Source of the DNA: Nonlabens sp. | GTDB lineage: Bacteria > Bacteroidota > Bacteroidia > Flavobacteriales > Flavobacteriaceae | NCBI RefSeq assembly: GCF_051251825.1 | Contig: NZ_JBPOGG010000012.1 | Span: forward strand, 2,539 to 66,538 | DNA: 64,000 bases | Direction: 5' to 3' | Shown: positions 28,962 to 38,675 of the stretch, piece after piece | How positions within the stretch are numbered: the stretch's first letter is position 1 | Layout: each line of letters opens with the position of its first letter | Position numbers and translations under genes: made by a program | Notes under the pieces: model-generated | The model's input: the letters and a program-made list of their open reading frames with translations, nothing else | Told to the model about the DNA's origin: nothing | Databases searched by the model: none

Positions 28962-29600
28962 TTACTTTCTCAATATTTTCATAGTACCATCATTTGATAT
29001 TTTAATGATAGATGAAGGTGGAACTTTTGTTTTGGCAAGTGGTAAATCGAGGATATAATCCACACGATTTTTTAACTTCTCACTGATGTCTATAAAGCCT
29101 ACAGGAGTTTTCTCACCGCTCAAGTTTGCACTGGTAGAAACTATAGGCTTTCTCAGTCCTTTTATGATAGCTCTACAAACTGGATCGTTAGTCACTCTTA
29201 TACCTAGTGTGTTATCACTTCCTACCAGATTTTCTGCGATTGCTTTGGGTCTATCGTAGATAATGGTAAGTGGTTTTTTATTAAGTTTTAATACTTGCCA
29301 GGCCATTTCTGGAACCTCTTCTATATAGCGATCCAGCATATCAAAACTATCTACAAGAATGATTAAAGGTTTAGAGGAATCTCTTTCTTTAATGTTGTAA
29401 ATCTCTTCAACGGCATCATAGTTAGTTGCGTCACAGCCTATTCCATAGATAGTATCTGTAGGATAAAGAATAGTTTTGCCTTTTTTTAAAGCGCTTACTG
29501 CTTCTCTAACGTCTTCCATAGGTAAATCAACTACGACTTCCTTTTTCTTGCGTCCTCTTACTTGATCTCTTCTGTTTTTATCGCGATCGCTACGTGGCAT
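28962..29600 (-). CDS. tsaC: L-threonylcarbamoyladenylate synthase (Sua5/YrdC)
   Basis: [27 protein letters not shown]; alternative start at 29519. Confidence 0.85.
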   Translation of the reverse strand: MPRSDRDKNRRDQVRGRKKKEVVVDLPMEDVREAVSALKKGKTILYPTDTIYGIGCDATNYDAVEEIYNIKERDSSKPLIILVDSFDMLDRYIEEVPEMAWQVLKLNKKPLTIIYDRPKAIAENLVGSDNTLGIRVTNDPVCRAIIKGLRKPIVSTSANLSGEKTPVGFIDISEKLKNRVDYILDLPLAKTKVPPSSIIKISNDGTMKILRK

Positions 29601-29611
29601 ATCTTGGGGTA

Positions 29612-30502
29612 TTATTGAACTTCGAGATATTCAAAAGCTCTTTTTGCAAAATTACGATTTAGCTCACGACATTCCTCTAACAATCCATCCTTTATCGTAG
29701 CATTCTTTACTTGTGATATAGCATTGTCAAAATCTGTAAATACCGGATCGTATTTAAAATCATAGAACTTTGAAGAATTTGGAATCACAGCTACTTTTTT
29801 GCCTAATAGCATGGACCAGTACATAGCATGGTAACTATCAGTAACTATATGTTCACTGCTACCTATAAAATTAATAAGTCCTTCAAGGTCCACGGTATTT
29901 GAAGTACTCGGGTAGTCTTTGAATTTTGAGGTAATATGTGGTTGCTGAATGGTTTTCTTATGAAAAATAACACCTATATCTTGAGTGTTCTCATATGATT
30001 TATCAAATAGATCATGCAAGCAACTCACACAAGGCAACCACTCGCCAGGCATGTTATAATCTCTAGTTCCAGCCATTCCAAATTGGTCAATATCTACGTC
30101 ATAAGAAGTGATTTTACCATAAAGATTAGATCGTTTTTCATTGTGACCTACGCCCCAAAGGATGGTTTTTTTTCCTTTTTGAGCGAGTTCTTGATAGAAT
30201 TTCATCTGGTTTGTAAAACTGCCACGATTTAATAAACCACCACCACCTATAATAAGTGAGTTGTTAGTCATGTCATTAACCAGCTTTTCTCTACTTTCTT
30301 TATCAGTTCGCTTATATAAAAATATATCTGAATAATTGTTATTTAATTCTTTAAAATACTGATGTGGAGCACAGTACAAATCTCCTACATTTGAAACGTC
30401 ATATCTGTGAACATTAATTACAGCGTCATTTTTTTGATCCATTTTAAGGATTTTATTGAATGTTGCTTTTTTATAATAGGAAGATTTTAATTTCTTAATC
30501 AT
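29612..30502 (-). CDS. Polysaccharide pyruvyl transferase family protein
   Basis: NVGD, IIGGGGL, LWGVG, VTDSYHAMYWSMLLGK; start uncertain (30502 or 30442). Confidence 0.7.
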   Translation of the reverse strand: MIKKLKSSYYKKATFNKILKMDQKNDAVINVHRYDVSNVGDLYCAPHQYFKELNNNYSDIFLYKRTDKESREKLVNDMTNNSLIIGGGGLLNRGSFTNQMKFYQELAQKGKKTILWGVGHNEKRSNLYGKITSYDVDIDQFGMAGTRDYNMPGEWLPCVSCLHDLFDKSYENTQDIGVIFHKKTIQQPHITSKFKDYPSTSNTVDLEGLINFIGSSEHIVTDSYHAMYWSMLLGKKVAVIPNSSKFYDFKYDPVFTDFDNAISQVKNATIKDGLLEECRELNRNFAKRAFEYLEVQ

Positions 30503-30590
30503 GCAGTTAGTTCTTACTCGATTTACTGAAAAGGTAAAGATAAATGAAAACAAAGGATGTCTATTTATGAACTTCTCGTAGTTTTGACAC

Positions 30591-31352
30591 ATGAAAAGCG
30601 TTTATCAAGATTCTTACTTTTATTTAAAAGAACCTATTCAGGCGGCTATCGAGCGGTTTGATTCCATAGGTAGATCATTACATGATGGTCGCAATGCGGT
30701 AAAAGTCATAGAAGTAAGTGGTGAATCACTCAACTTTAAACGCTTTAAGAAACCTAATGCGATTAATAAAATTGTGTATCGATTTTTTAGAAAATCAAAA
30801 GCACAGCGCTCTTATGAATATGCGACTATACTTAAAGAAAAAGGAATAGGAACACCAGATCCCATCGCTTATCTGGAAGAAAAAGGAACGTTGAGTTTTA
30901 AAACCAGTTTTTACATTTCTAAACAGCTGGATTGTGATTTTACGTATCGAGAGCTTATAAATGACGACTCGATTCCTGATAAGGAACAAATTTTAAAAGA
31001 GTACGCACAGTTTATGTTTCAAATGCATGAGGCTGGAGTTTATTTTTTAGATAATTCACCTGGGAACACCTTAATTACTAAGGTGGACGACCATTATGAG
31101 TTTGCTTTGGTTGATTTAAACCGCATGAAATTTTACGATATTCCATGGGATGATCGACTCAAGAATTTTGAAAGATTGTCTCCACAAAAATGGATGTATG
31201 AGGTTATGGGAGAAGAATATGCTACGCTTTCGCGAAAGCGTCCTCAGGAAACCATCTCGCAAATGTGGAAATATACTCAGGATTTTCAAGAGGCATTCCA
31301 TCGCAAGAAACGTATGAAAAAGAAGTTCAAATCAATAATTAAAGGAAAATAG
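30591..31352 (+). CDS. Lipopolysaccharide (Kdo/WaaP) kinase family protein
   Basis: KSKAQRSYEYA, GIGTPDPIAY, DNSPGNTL, LVDLNRM. Confidence 0.8.
   Translation: MKSVYQDSYFYLKEPIQAAIERFDSIGRSLHDGRNAVKVIEVSGESLNFKRFKKPNAINKIVYRFFRKSKAQRSYEYATILKEKGIGTPDPIAYLEEKGTLSFKTSFYISKQLDCDFTYRELINDDSIPDKEQILKEYAQFMFQMHEAGVYFLDNSPGNTLITKVDDHYEFALVDLNRMKFYDIPWDDRLKNFERLSPQKWMYEVMGEEYATLSRKRPQETISQMWKYTQDFQEAFHRKKRMKKKFKSIIKGK
31225..31240. repeat. 16-bp palindrome copy 9 (perfect), in LPS kinase (TLSRKR)
   Basis: TA-CGCTTTCGCGAAAGCG-TC. Confidence 0.95.
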
Positions 31353-31357
31353 CAGGT

Positions 31358-32197
31358 ATGAAATTGAGCGAAATTCCAGGTTCTGTATATCATAGCGCAA
31401 AAATGTTATTGATACCCGTGAAAAAGTTGGGTAAAAATCCTGTCAAGCGCATTCCAGTTGTGGTTTCTCTAACTTCTATTCCTACTCGATTAAAGACGCT
31501 TGCCATCACCATACGCAGTATGATGCAACAGGAATACCTGCCTGAGAAGATTATATTGTGGCTTAAAGAAGACTTGAAAGGTCAAATTCCGGCATCGTTG
31601 AGCAAACTGGAAGGTGATTTGTTTGAAATAAGATTCTCTCCTTATGGATTTTCACACCGCAAGTTGATTCATAGTCTTGAGGCTTTTCCAGATACTATTA
31701 TTATTACCTGTGATGATGATGTGATTTATCATCCTTCTACACTTAGAATTACTTATGAGGAACATTTAAAGCACCCCAAAAATGTAATAGGAAACCGATG
31801 TAGAAATATCACTTATAAAAATGGAGAACTTTTATCCTATGGTAAGTGGCCGTTTATAAATGAAACGCCTCAAGAACCATCGCTGGTAATGCCGGTAGGT
31901 GCATTTTGTGTATTATATCCAGCAGGTAGTTTGAATTCTCAAGTTCAAGACGTGGATTTATTTATGAAACTCGCTCCTAAAGCTGATGATCTTTGGTTCA
32001 AAATGATGGCTGTTTTAAACGATACGGTTTCACTTAAAAACAGTCAGCAAATTATAGAACCAGTTCCTATTATGGGAACTCAGTTTGTCGCTCTTAAAAC
32101 CGTTAATAAAGGACAGGATCTAAATCGTGTGCAATGGAATGATTTAATGAATCATTTTAATCTCACTCCACAAAAAATTAAAGAAAAGCTAGGCTAG
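31358..32197 (+). CDS. Glycosyltransferase (GT-A fold)
   Basis: VVVSLTSIPTR, IITCDDDVIY, ADDLWF. Confidence 0.7.
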   Translation: MKLSEIPGSVYHSAKMLLIPVKKLGKNPVKRIPVVVSLTSIPTRLKTLAITIRSMMQQEYLPEKIILWLKEDLKGQIPASLSKLEGDLFEIRFSPYGFSHRKLIHSLEAFPDTIIITCDDDVIYHPSTLRITYEEHLKHPKNVIGNRCRNITYKNGELLSYGKWPFINETPQEPSLVMPVGAFCVLYPAGSLNSQVQDVDLFMKLAPKADDLWFKMMAVLNDTVSLKNSQQIIEPVPIMGTQFVALKTVNKGQDLNRVQWNDLMNHFNLTPQKIKEKLG

Positions 32198-32198
32198 T

Positions 32199-32963
32199 TT
32201 AATCTAGGTTACGACGATACAGCCATAACTTTACGTAACGCATAAATATCCCGTAGCTTCTTAAATAGGCGATTGTAAATCCTACAAATCCATCTAGAAA
32301 ACCTAGCTGTACAAAGTAGTGTTTGATAAAACCCCACATAGGTTTTATCACCATATGAAACGCGGTTATTTTACCAACTTTTTTATCAAAATCGCGAGCT
32401 TGCAAACCAGCATATCGTTGCAGCTTATCTACGTGATGATCTATACTTATATATTTGTAATGTAATAATTTGTTCTCTAGCCATCCTACTGGTCCATCTG
32501 CTTCAATCTCAGAATGTACGTGTTTATCTACATATTTACAGGCAGATTTTTTAAAGAGACGTATCACGCGGTCATTTTTCCATCCACTATGACGGATTTG
32601 TTTTCCCATGAAAAAGTTACGCCTTTTCATCCAGTAACCTACTTCTTCACGATCATCTATAGTTTTTAAGAGTTCAAGGATTTCCTCTTTAAGTGCTGGA
32701 GTCACGCGCTCGTCTGCATCTACTAATAAAATCCACTCGTGTTTTGCTTGAGGAATTGCCCAGTTCTTTTGAGAAGCACTGTGCTCATAAGCTCTGGTAA
32801 GTAATTTTGTAAAGTAAGGTTGAGCAAGTTCGATAGTGTTATCAGTACTATTACTATCTACTAGAATCACTTCGTCGCAGAATTGAACACTTTTTAAAAC
32901 TTCTACAATATTGTGTGCCTCATTGTATGCAGGGACTATAGCAGATAATGAAACTTTGGACAT
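32199..32963 (-). CDS. GT2 glycosyltransferase, WaaE/KdtX-like LOS core enzyme
   Basis: YNEAHNI, VDSNSTDNT, WILLVDADERV, VHSEI; start moved to MSKVSL. Confidence 0.82.
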   Translation of the reverse strand: MSKVSLSAIVPAYNEAHNIVEVLKSVQFCDEVILVDSNSTDNTIELAQPYFTKLLTRAYEHSASQKNWAIPQAKHEWILLVDADERVTPALKEEILELLKTIDDREEVGYWMKRRNFFMGKQIRHSGWKNDRVIRLFKKSACKYVDKHVHSEIEADGPVGWLENKLLHYKYISIDHHVDKLQRYAGLQARDFDKKVGKITAFHMVIKPMWGFIKHYFVQLGFLDGFVGFTIAYLRSYGIFMRYVKLWLYRRNLD

Positions 32964-33072
32964 AGGTAACTTGGGTTGTGGATGTTTAACAGAGCAAAAA
33001 TAAACTTGTAATTCATATAACCGCTTATGAATCATTAAATTTGTCGAAATTTACAGTAATTATATATTATTT

Positions 33073-33900
33073 ATGCTAGAAAATCCATCTATATCTGTTG
33101 TCATAAGCACTTATAACTCTGTAGAATGGTTAGAAAAGACCTTGTGGAGTTATGAACATCAAATTTTTAGAGAATTTGAAATCGTAATTGCAGACGATGG
33201 TAGCGGTCCAGAAACGCGTGAATTTATAGAAGCTTATAAAGAGAAGTCTTCAAAAACCATCATCCACGTTTGGCATGAGGATAATGGTTTTCAAAAAAGT
33301 GCTATTCTTAATAAAGCGCTTACCGCATGTAATGCAACATATGTAGTAATGACTGATGGTGACTGTATTGCTCGAGAAGATTTTTTACAAATTCACTATG
33401 AACGTAGATCTCCTGGGTTTTTCTTATCTGGTGGTTATTACAAATTGCCTCTAGATTTATCTGAAGCTATTACTGCCGACGATATTGCAACTCAAAAATG
33501 TTTTAATCTTAAATGGCTTAGAGAAAATGGGTTGCCTGCATCTTATAAGAATCAAAAATTAACATCTGGATTTGTGCAAGCTGGTGTTATGGAGCGATTA
33601 ACACCTACCAATGCAAGCTGGAATGGCCACAATTCAAGTGGTTGGCTGTCAGATTTAAAGGCTGTAAACGGTTTTGACGAGCGAATGCAATATGGTGGAC
33701 AGGATCGTGAACTAGGTGAGCGGTTATTCAATCATGGAGTGAAATCTAAACAGATCCGTTATAGTGCGATTTGCTTACACTTAGATCACGCTCGCGGTTA
33801 TAAAAACCAAGAATCTATAGATAAAAATCTTGCTATAAGAAAAGCGACTCGCACAGAAAAGAAGGACTTTACTCCTTTTGGGATTGTGAAAGAGTCTTAA
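33073..33900 (+). CDS. GT2 glycosyltransferase
   Basis: VISTYNS, IADDGS, TDGDC, NGFDERMQYGGQDRE. Confidence 0.85.
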   Translation: MLENPSISVVISTYNSVEWLEKTLWSYEHQIFREFEIVIADDGSGPETREFIEAYKEKSSKTIIHVWHEDNGFQKSAILNKALTACNATYVVMTDGDCIAREDFLQIHYERRSPGFFLSGGYYKLPLDLSEAITADDIATQKCFNLKWLRENGLPASYKNQKLTSGFVQAGVMERLTPTNASWNGHNSSGWLSDLKAVNGFDERMQYGGQDRELGERLFNHGVKSKQIRYSAICLHLDHARGYKNQESIDKNLAIRKATRTEKKDFTPFGIVKES

Positions 33901-33914
33901 ATTTTAAGCTTTCT

Positions 33915-34979
33915 TCAATAATTCTCACGCACAAAATTCTTCAAATCCCCAAACATCAACTCAGGCTTAAATGCTGTATATAATTCTTGAGCTTGTTTTT
34001 TAAAATCACTCGCTTTTTGAGAACCATAAAGCTGCGGTTTTAAGTCTTTGAGATGTACTGAAATATGTTTCTTTCCATCTTCTCCGGCATTCCAGGATCT
34101 CTTATTAATCCACGGACTAAAGATTGCAAAGCTGGGAATATCAAGTGCTTTCCCCATATTAATAGCGCCACCTTCATTTCCTATTACCGTAGTGCAATGA
34201 TGGAGTACTTTTAAATAATCACGCAGGCTAGGAGTAATAGCATCTATGAAAATATGTTGCTGAGTTGCTGGTAAACATGAATTGTAGATCTCTAAAGCTT
34301 GAGCTTTTTGAGAAGGTAAGTAGTTGAAAAGGACTTGACTATTAGTCAGTTTTACAGTTTCATCAACCACTTGTGCCATGTATTCTAGTGGTAAAGTCTT
34401 ATCCATGCTGGATCCCAATGCACTCACCATTGTTATCGATTTATTTAAATCTAGGCCTTTTTCAATAAGCCAGTTTTTACCTTCTTCTTTCTCTTTTAAA
34501 GTAAGATAAATTTTAGGTAATAAATCCCATTGAACCTCATTTGTAAAAGGCGTGGTTAATAACATACGGCTACCTAGAGATAGACCAGTTTTATAAATCT
34601 CAGGATCTGGATTGTTTTTTATGGATTGTGTGTAAGCTAGGCTAGAAAACCACTTTTTATAGCCTATTCTTTTGGTTGCACCTACTAATCTAGATAGTAG
34701 AGCGCTGTTATTCTTACCATAAATGTCTATGGAAATGGAGTAGTTGTTTGTTTTGAGTTTTCGCGCAAGCGAGATGATTCCACTCCAGTTTTCAAACTCA
34801 TTATTTTCTACACATAAACATGTATCTATCGCAGGATTTCCATCGACTACAGCTCGTGCAGATTTGGAAATCAAGTAATGAATCTCAGATTGCGGATAAA
34901 TAATCTTTAACTGCTCAGCAATGATGGTACTGGTCAGTACATCACCTATCATTTTATATTGAATGAGCAGTATATTCAC
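33915..34979 (-). CDS. GT9 glycosyltransferase (heptosyltransferase-like)
   Basis: KMIGDVL, GNEGGAINMGKAL. Confidence 0.85.
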   Translation of the reverse strand: MNILLIQYKMIGDVLTSTIIAEQLKIIYPQSEIHYLISKSARAVVDGNPAIDTCLCVENNEFENWSGIISLARKLKTNNYSISIDIYGKNNSALLSRLVGATKRIGYKKWFSSLAYTQSIKNNPDPEIYKTGLSLGSRMLLTTPFTNEVQWDLLPKIYLTLKEKEEGKNWLIEKGLDLNKSITMVSALGSSMDKTLPLEYMAQVVDETVKLTNSQVLFNYLPSQKAQALEIYNSCLPATQQHIFIDAITPSLRDYLKVLHHCTTVIGNEGGAINMGKALDIPSFAIFSPWINKRSWNAGEDGKKHISVHLKDLKPQLYGSQKASDFKKQAQELYTAFKPELMFGDLKNFVRENY

Positions 34980-35794
34980 TATACGGCTACATTATACTCA
35001 CGCAATGCGTCGTTTAAAGAAGTCTTTTTATTAGTGCTTTCTTTGCGTTTACCTATAATTAATGCGCATGGAACGTTATAAGATCCCGACGGGAACTCTT
35101 TTGCATAACTACCAGGAATCACTACAGATCTTGCAGGAACTCTACCTTTAAATTCTACAGGTTCGTCACCAGTTACGTCTATAATCTTTGTGCTCATGGT
35201 TAATACCACGTTTGCACCTAGAACAGCTTCTTTCTCGATATGAACACCTTCTACAACTATGCAACGTGAACCTATAAATGCACCATCTTCAATGATTACC
35301 GGTGCGGCTTGTAAAGGTTCAAGAACACCGCCTATTCCCACACCACCACTCAGGTGTACATTTTTACCTATTTGAGCACAACTACCTACCGTTGCCCATG
35401 TGTCTACCATAGTTCCTTCCTCAACATGAGCGCCTATATTCACATAACTAGGCATTAAAATCACACCTTTTGAAATGTACGCACCATGTCTAGCTACGGC
35501 ATGAGGTACGACGCGTATTCCTTTGGCAGCATAACCAGTTTTAAGCGGAATTTTATCATGGAATTCTAATGGTCCACACTCGATGGTTTCCATTTTCTGA
35601 ATCGGGAAATAGAGTACTACTGCTTTTTTGATCCATTCATTAACTTTCCAACCGTTATCAGTAGGCTCTGCGACACGTAAGGTACCGCGATCTAGCATGT
35701 CTACGACTTCTCTAATAGCATCTTGAGTAACTGAATTTTCTAGCAGGGAACGATCTTCCCATGCGTTTTCTATGACGTTTTGTAATTGATCCAA
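34979..35794 (-). CDS. dapD: Tetrahydrodipicolinate N-succinyltransferase
   Basis: RVVPHAVARHGA, MPSYVNIGA, GVGIGGVLEPLQA; TTG start at 35794 inferred. Confidence 0.93.
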   Translation of the reverse strand: MDQLQNVIENAWEDRSLLENSVTQDAIREVVDMLDRGTLRVAEPTDNGWKVNEWIKKAVVLYFPIQKMETIECGPLEFHDKIPLKTGYAAKGIRVVPHAVARHGAYISKGVILMPSYVNIGAHVEEGTMVDTWATVGSCAQIGKNVHLSGGVGIGGVLEPLQAAPVIIEDGAFIGSRCIVVEGVHIEKEAVLGANVVLTMSTKIIDVTGDEPVEFKGRVPARSVVIPGSYAKEFPSGSYNVPCALIIGKRKESTNKKTSLNDALREYNVAV

Positions 35795-35897
35795 GGCTTG
35801 TGATTTTTTACAAATATAAAAGGAAAGCTTTGAGGTTTTAAGCTCTTGGCGTGATTTTAGCAACTAGTTCACAAATAACCTTATTTTTGCAAATCTT

Positions 35898-36317
35898 ATG
35901 AATAGAATTCTGGCGATCGATTATGGTAAAAAGCGCACTGGTATTGCGGTTACAGATCCTATGCAAATCATTGCATCTGGACTTACTACGGTAAACACCT
36001 ATGAGCTCCATACGTTCCTAGAAAACTATTTAAAGACAGAGAAGGTAGAAACCATCGTGATAGGTGAACCTAAACAGATGGATTATACAGACAGTGAGTT
36101 GGGTGGCGTTATTACCGCTTTCGCGAAAGCATTACAAGAAAAATATCCTGCCATAACTATAGAAAGAGTGGATGAACGATTCACTTCTAAGATGGCTTTT
36201 CAAACCATGATAGATAGCGGATTGAGTAAGTCAAAACGTAGAAATAAAGCACTAGTGGACGAGATCGCTGCTACAATTATTTTACAAACGTATATGGACA
36301 GAAAAAGTCCGTTTTAG
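35898..36317 (+). CDS. ruvX: YqgF/RuvX family RNase H-like protein
   Basis: ILAIDYGKKRTGIAVTD, DERFTS, VDEIAATIILQ; TATTTTTG at 35882-35889. Confidence 0.9.
   Translation: MNRILAIDYGKKRTGIAVTDPMQIIASGLTTVNTYELHTFLENYLKTEKVETIVIGEPKQMDYTDSELGGVITAFAKALQEKYPAITIERVDERFTSKMAFQTMIDSGLSKSKRRNKALVDEIAATIILQTYMDRKSPF
36116..36130. repeat. Palindrome copy 10 (15/16), in ruvX (TAFAKAL)
   Basis: CGCTTTCGCGAAAGC-A. Confidence 0.9.
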
Positions 36318-36360
36318 TAAGAATTAAAAATTAGACATTAAAAATTAATCATTTAAAAAC

Positions 36361-36951
36361 ATGATTTACCCTATAGTCGCTTATGGCGATCCAGTATTAA
36401 GAAAAGTTGCAAAGGACATCACTCCAGATTATCCTAACCTGGATAAAGTGCTAGAAAACATGTGGGAAACCATGTATGGAGCAAGTGGAGTAGGACTTGC
36501 AGCACCACAAATAGGTATGCCTATTCGTATATTTTTAGTAGACACATCACCATTTGCAGACGATCCAGATTATACAGAGGAAGAGCAAAAACAACTTAGT
36601 ACTTTTAAAAAAGCATTTATTAATGCTCATATTATAGAGGAAAATGGAGAAGAATGGTCTTTTAATGAAGGCTGTTTGAGTATTCCTAATGTGCGAGAAG
36701 ACGTTTTCAGACCTGAAGAGGTGACGATTAGATATTGTGACGAGAACTTTAAAGAAGTCACAGAAACATACTCAGGACTCATGGCACGTGTGATCCAGCA
36801 TGAATATGATCATATTGAGGGAATTTTATTTACTGATAAAATATCTAGCCTGAAAAAACGATTAATAAAAGGAAAGCTTACTAATATTTCCAAAGGAAAA
36901 ACAAGTGTAGATTATCGCATGCGTTTTCCAGATGTGAAAGGAAGAAAATAA
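36361..36951 (+). CDS. def: Peptide deformylase
   Basis: GVGLAAPQIG, EGCLSIP, QHEYDH. Confidence 0.95.
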   Translation: MIYPIVAYGDPVLRKVAKDITPDYPNLDKVLENMWETMYGASGVGLAAPQIGMPIRIFLVDTSPFADDPDYTEEEQKQLSTFKKAFINAHIIEENGEEWSFNEGCLSIPNVREDVFRPEEVTIRYCDENFKEVTETYSGLMARVIQHEYDHIEGILFTDKISSLKKRLIKGKLTNISKGKTSVDYRMRFPDVKGRK

Positions 36952-37006
36952 TCATTAATTTAAGGTTGAGGTTTAATATATTTGCCATCCTCAGAAAAAG
37001 AGTACT

Positions 37007-37408
37007 ATGAGTTTAGAAAACATTTTATCAGTGACAGGAAAACCAGGTTTATATCAATTAAAGACTAAAACTCGTAGTGGTTTTGTAGTGGAGTCTTTAT
37101 TAGATAAAAAAACCTCTATTATAGGTATTAATCATAATGTGAGTGTTCTTAAAGATATCTCTATTTATACTTATGAAACTGAGGTGCCACTTAAAGAAGT
37201 ATTTCAAAAAATAGCCGAAAAAGAAAACCAAGGTCCAGCAATTAATCATAAGGTCAGCAAGAATGAATTGCAATCTTATTTTAGTGATGTTCTACCAGGT
37301 TATGATGAGGAACGAGTTTATGCTAGTGACATCAAGAAGGTAGTACAATGGTATAATTTATTGCAGACTAACGATATGTTGAGCTCCTTCAGTAATGAAG
37401 AAGAATAA
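37007..37408 (+). CDS. DUF5606 family protein
   Basis: ILSVTGKPGLY, LKDISIYT, YDEERVYASDIKK; TATATTTG at 36977-36984. Confidence 0.75.
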   Translation: MSLENILSVTGKPGLYQLKTKTRSGFVVESLLDKKTSIIGINHNVSVLKDISIYTYETEVPLKEVFQKIAEKENQGPAINHKVSKNELQSYFSDVLPGYDEERVYASDIKKVVQWYNLLQTNDMLSSFSNEEE

Positions 37409-37427
37409 ATGAATAGCTATTGAATAT

Positions 37428-37464
37428 AAAAAAATGCCTTTCTCAACGAGAAAGGCATTTTTTT
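37428..37464. terminator. Bidirectional intrinsic terminator
   Basis: aaaaaaatgcctttctc-aac-gagaaaggcattttttt. Confidence 0.85.
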
Positions 37465-37480
37465 ATGTCTTAAGTGAAAT

Positions 37481-38173
37481 TTATTTCTTGAAAAACGGTA
37501 TGCGATACATTATACCATAAGTGTAACCTACACCTATTTCTCCAGTATCATAAGTTCTACCAAAACCAGGAACATAAAGGTTGTCAAAGTTGTCTGGTGT
37601 TTTTTCAGTGAGCATTCTTTTAACCTGCATGTTTGCTATCATGTAAAGATTAGGAAGTACTTCTACTTTAATACCTAGTTGAATTTCTAGCCATAAAGCG
37701 GTTAATCCAGAAAATTCTCTATCAACTATATTTGTAACTACTGGGAAATAAGCATTATCCTGCGCAATATCATAGCGTTGTAATGTCTGTGAAAAATTTG
37801 CAGCACCTAAACGTGCTCCAAAATAGATCATGTTATCCATATCTAACCAGTTCTGATAAAGATTGTAATCTATCCCAGCTTTAAAATAAGAACCACTTGT
37901 TTTAAAGTCAATACGATCTGAGTTGCGATTGATGTTTTCATTACCTAATTCTCCAGCTATATATAAACGATCTTTAATTCTATAATCACCCAGTAATTGG
38001 AATCCATTATATTCTGGATCGATAACGGTACGTATAAGACTTGCTGCATCTATACCTACTCGTAATCCATAAGTGCGTTTATAATTAACACTATCAACAG
38101 CAACTGGTTCTGCTTGTTGAGCAAGTGCAATTGTTCCTATTAAAAGGAAAAGTAAATTAATGACGTATTTCAA
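37481..38173 (-). CDS. Outer-membrane beta-barrel protein (DUF6048-like)
   Basis: Signal peptide ALAQ; YGLRVGID, LYVPGFG, C-terminal YRIPF. Confidence 0.65.
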   Translation of the reverse strand: MKYVINLLFLLIGTIALAQQAEPVAVDSVNYKRTYGLRVGIDAASLIRTVIDPEYNGFQLLGDYRIKDRLYIAGELGNENINRNSDRIDFKTSGSYFKAGIDYNLYQNWLDMDNMIYFGARLGAANFSQTLQRYDIAQDNAYFPVVTNIVDREFSGLTALWLEIQLGIKVEVLPNLYMIANMQVKRMLTEKTPDNFDNLYVPGFGRTYDTGEIGVGYTYGIMYRIPFFKK

Positions 38174-38675
38174 TGTGTATGTCGTTGTTTGATGTTACGT
38201 TTTCTGTAAGCACTCTTACATTATTGATCCACTCGTCATTGGTGATTTCTGGCAGCCTTATTGCTCCTAGATTATCATAAGTTACCTTAAAACCACAGGC
38301 TCTATTGATATAAGTTTCTGATAGTGAATAATTAAATTCGACTAGATCAGCATTAGTTCCAGTACCATCTGTTTTAATAAACGAGTACGTGGTTGTTACA
38401 TCATCAGTTCTTAACGGAATTGCTATAGAATCCACGTCTATAAGCAATTGAGCGCCACTACTATTCAATGGTGCAAATTCTGAAGATCCAATGGCTTGTA
38501 GTTGTAATTCATCAACCGTTTTACGGTCTTCGGGATCTGCAATGTCCACAAAGGTGATAATTAAACGTGGTGTCACACTTAAGGATGGATCGCATAAGTC
38601 ATCCTTCTCGCAACTGGAAATTCCAATTATGAGAAGGATGAAAATTGCAATGAGTATAGAATTATATTTCTTCAT
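38157..38675 (-). CDS. Lipoprotein (DUF6452-like)
   Basis: Lipobox ISSC; EKDDLC, YINRACGFK. Confidence 0.65.
   Translation of the reverse strand: MKKYNSILIAIFILLIIGISSCEKDDLCDPSLSVTPRLIITFVDIADPEDRKTVDELQLQAIGSSEFAPLNSSGAQLLIDVDSIAIPLRTDDVTTTYSFIKTDGTGTNADLVEFNYSLSETYINRACGFKVTYDNLGAIRLPEITNDEWINNVRVLTENVTSNNDIHIEIRH

Noticed and set aside
34756-34772. Minus-strand CGCTTGCGCGAAAACT in the GT9 gene
   Set aside because: 13/16 match; possibly a decayed copy but unsupported without orthologue alignment.
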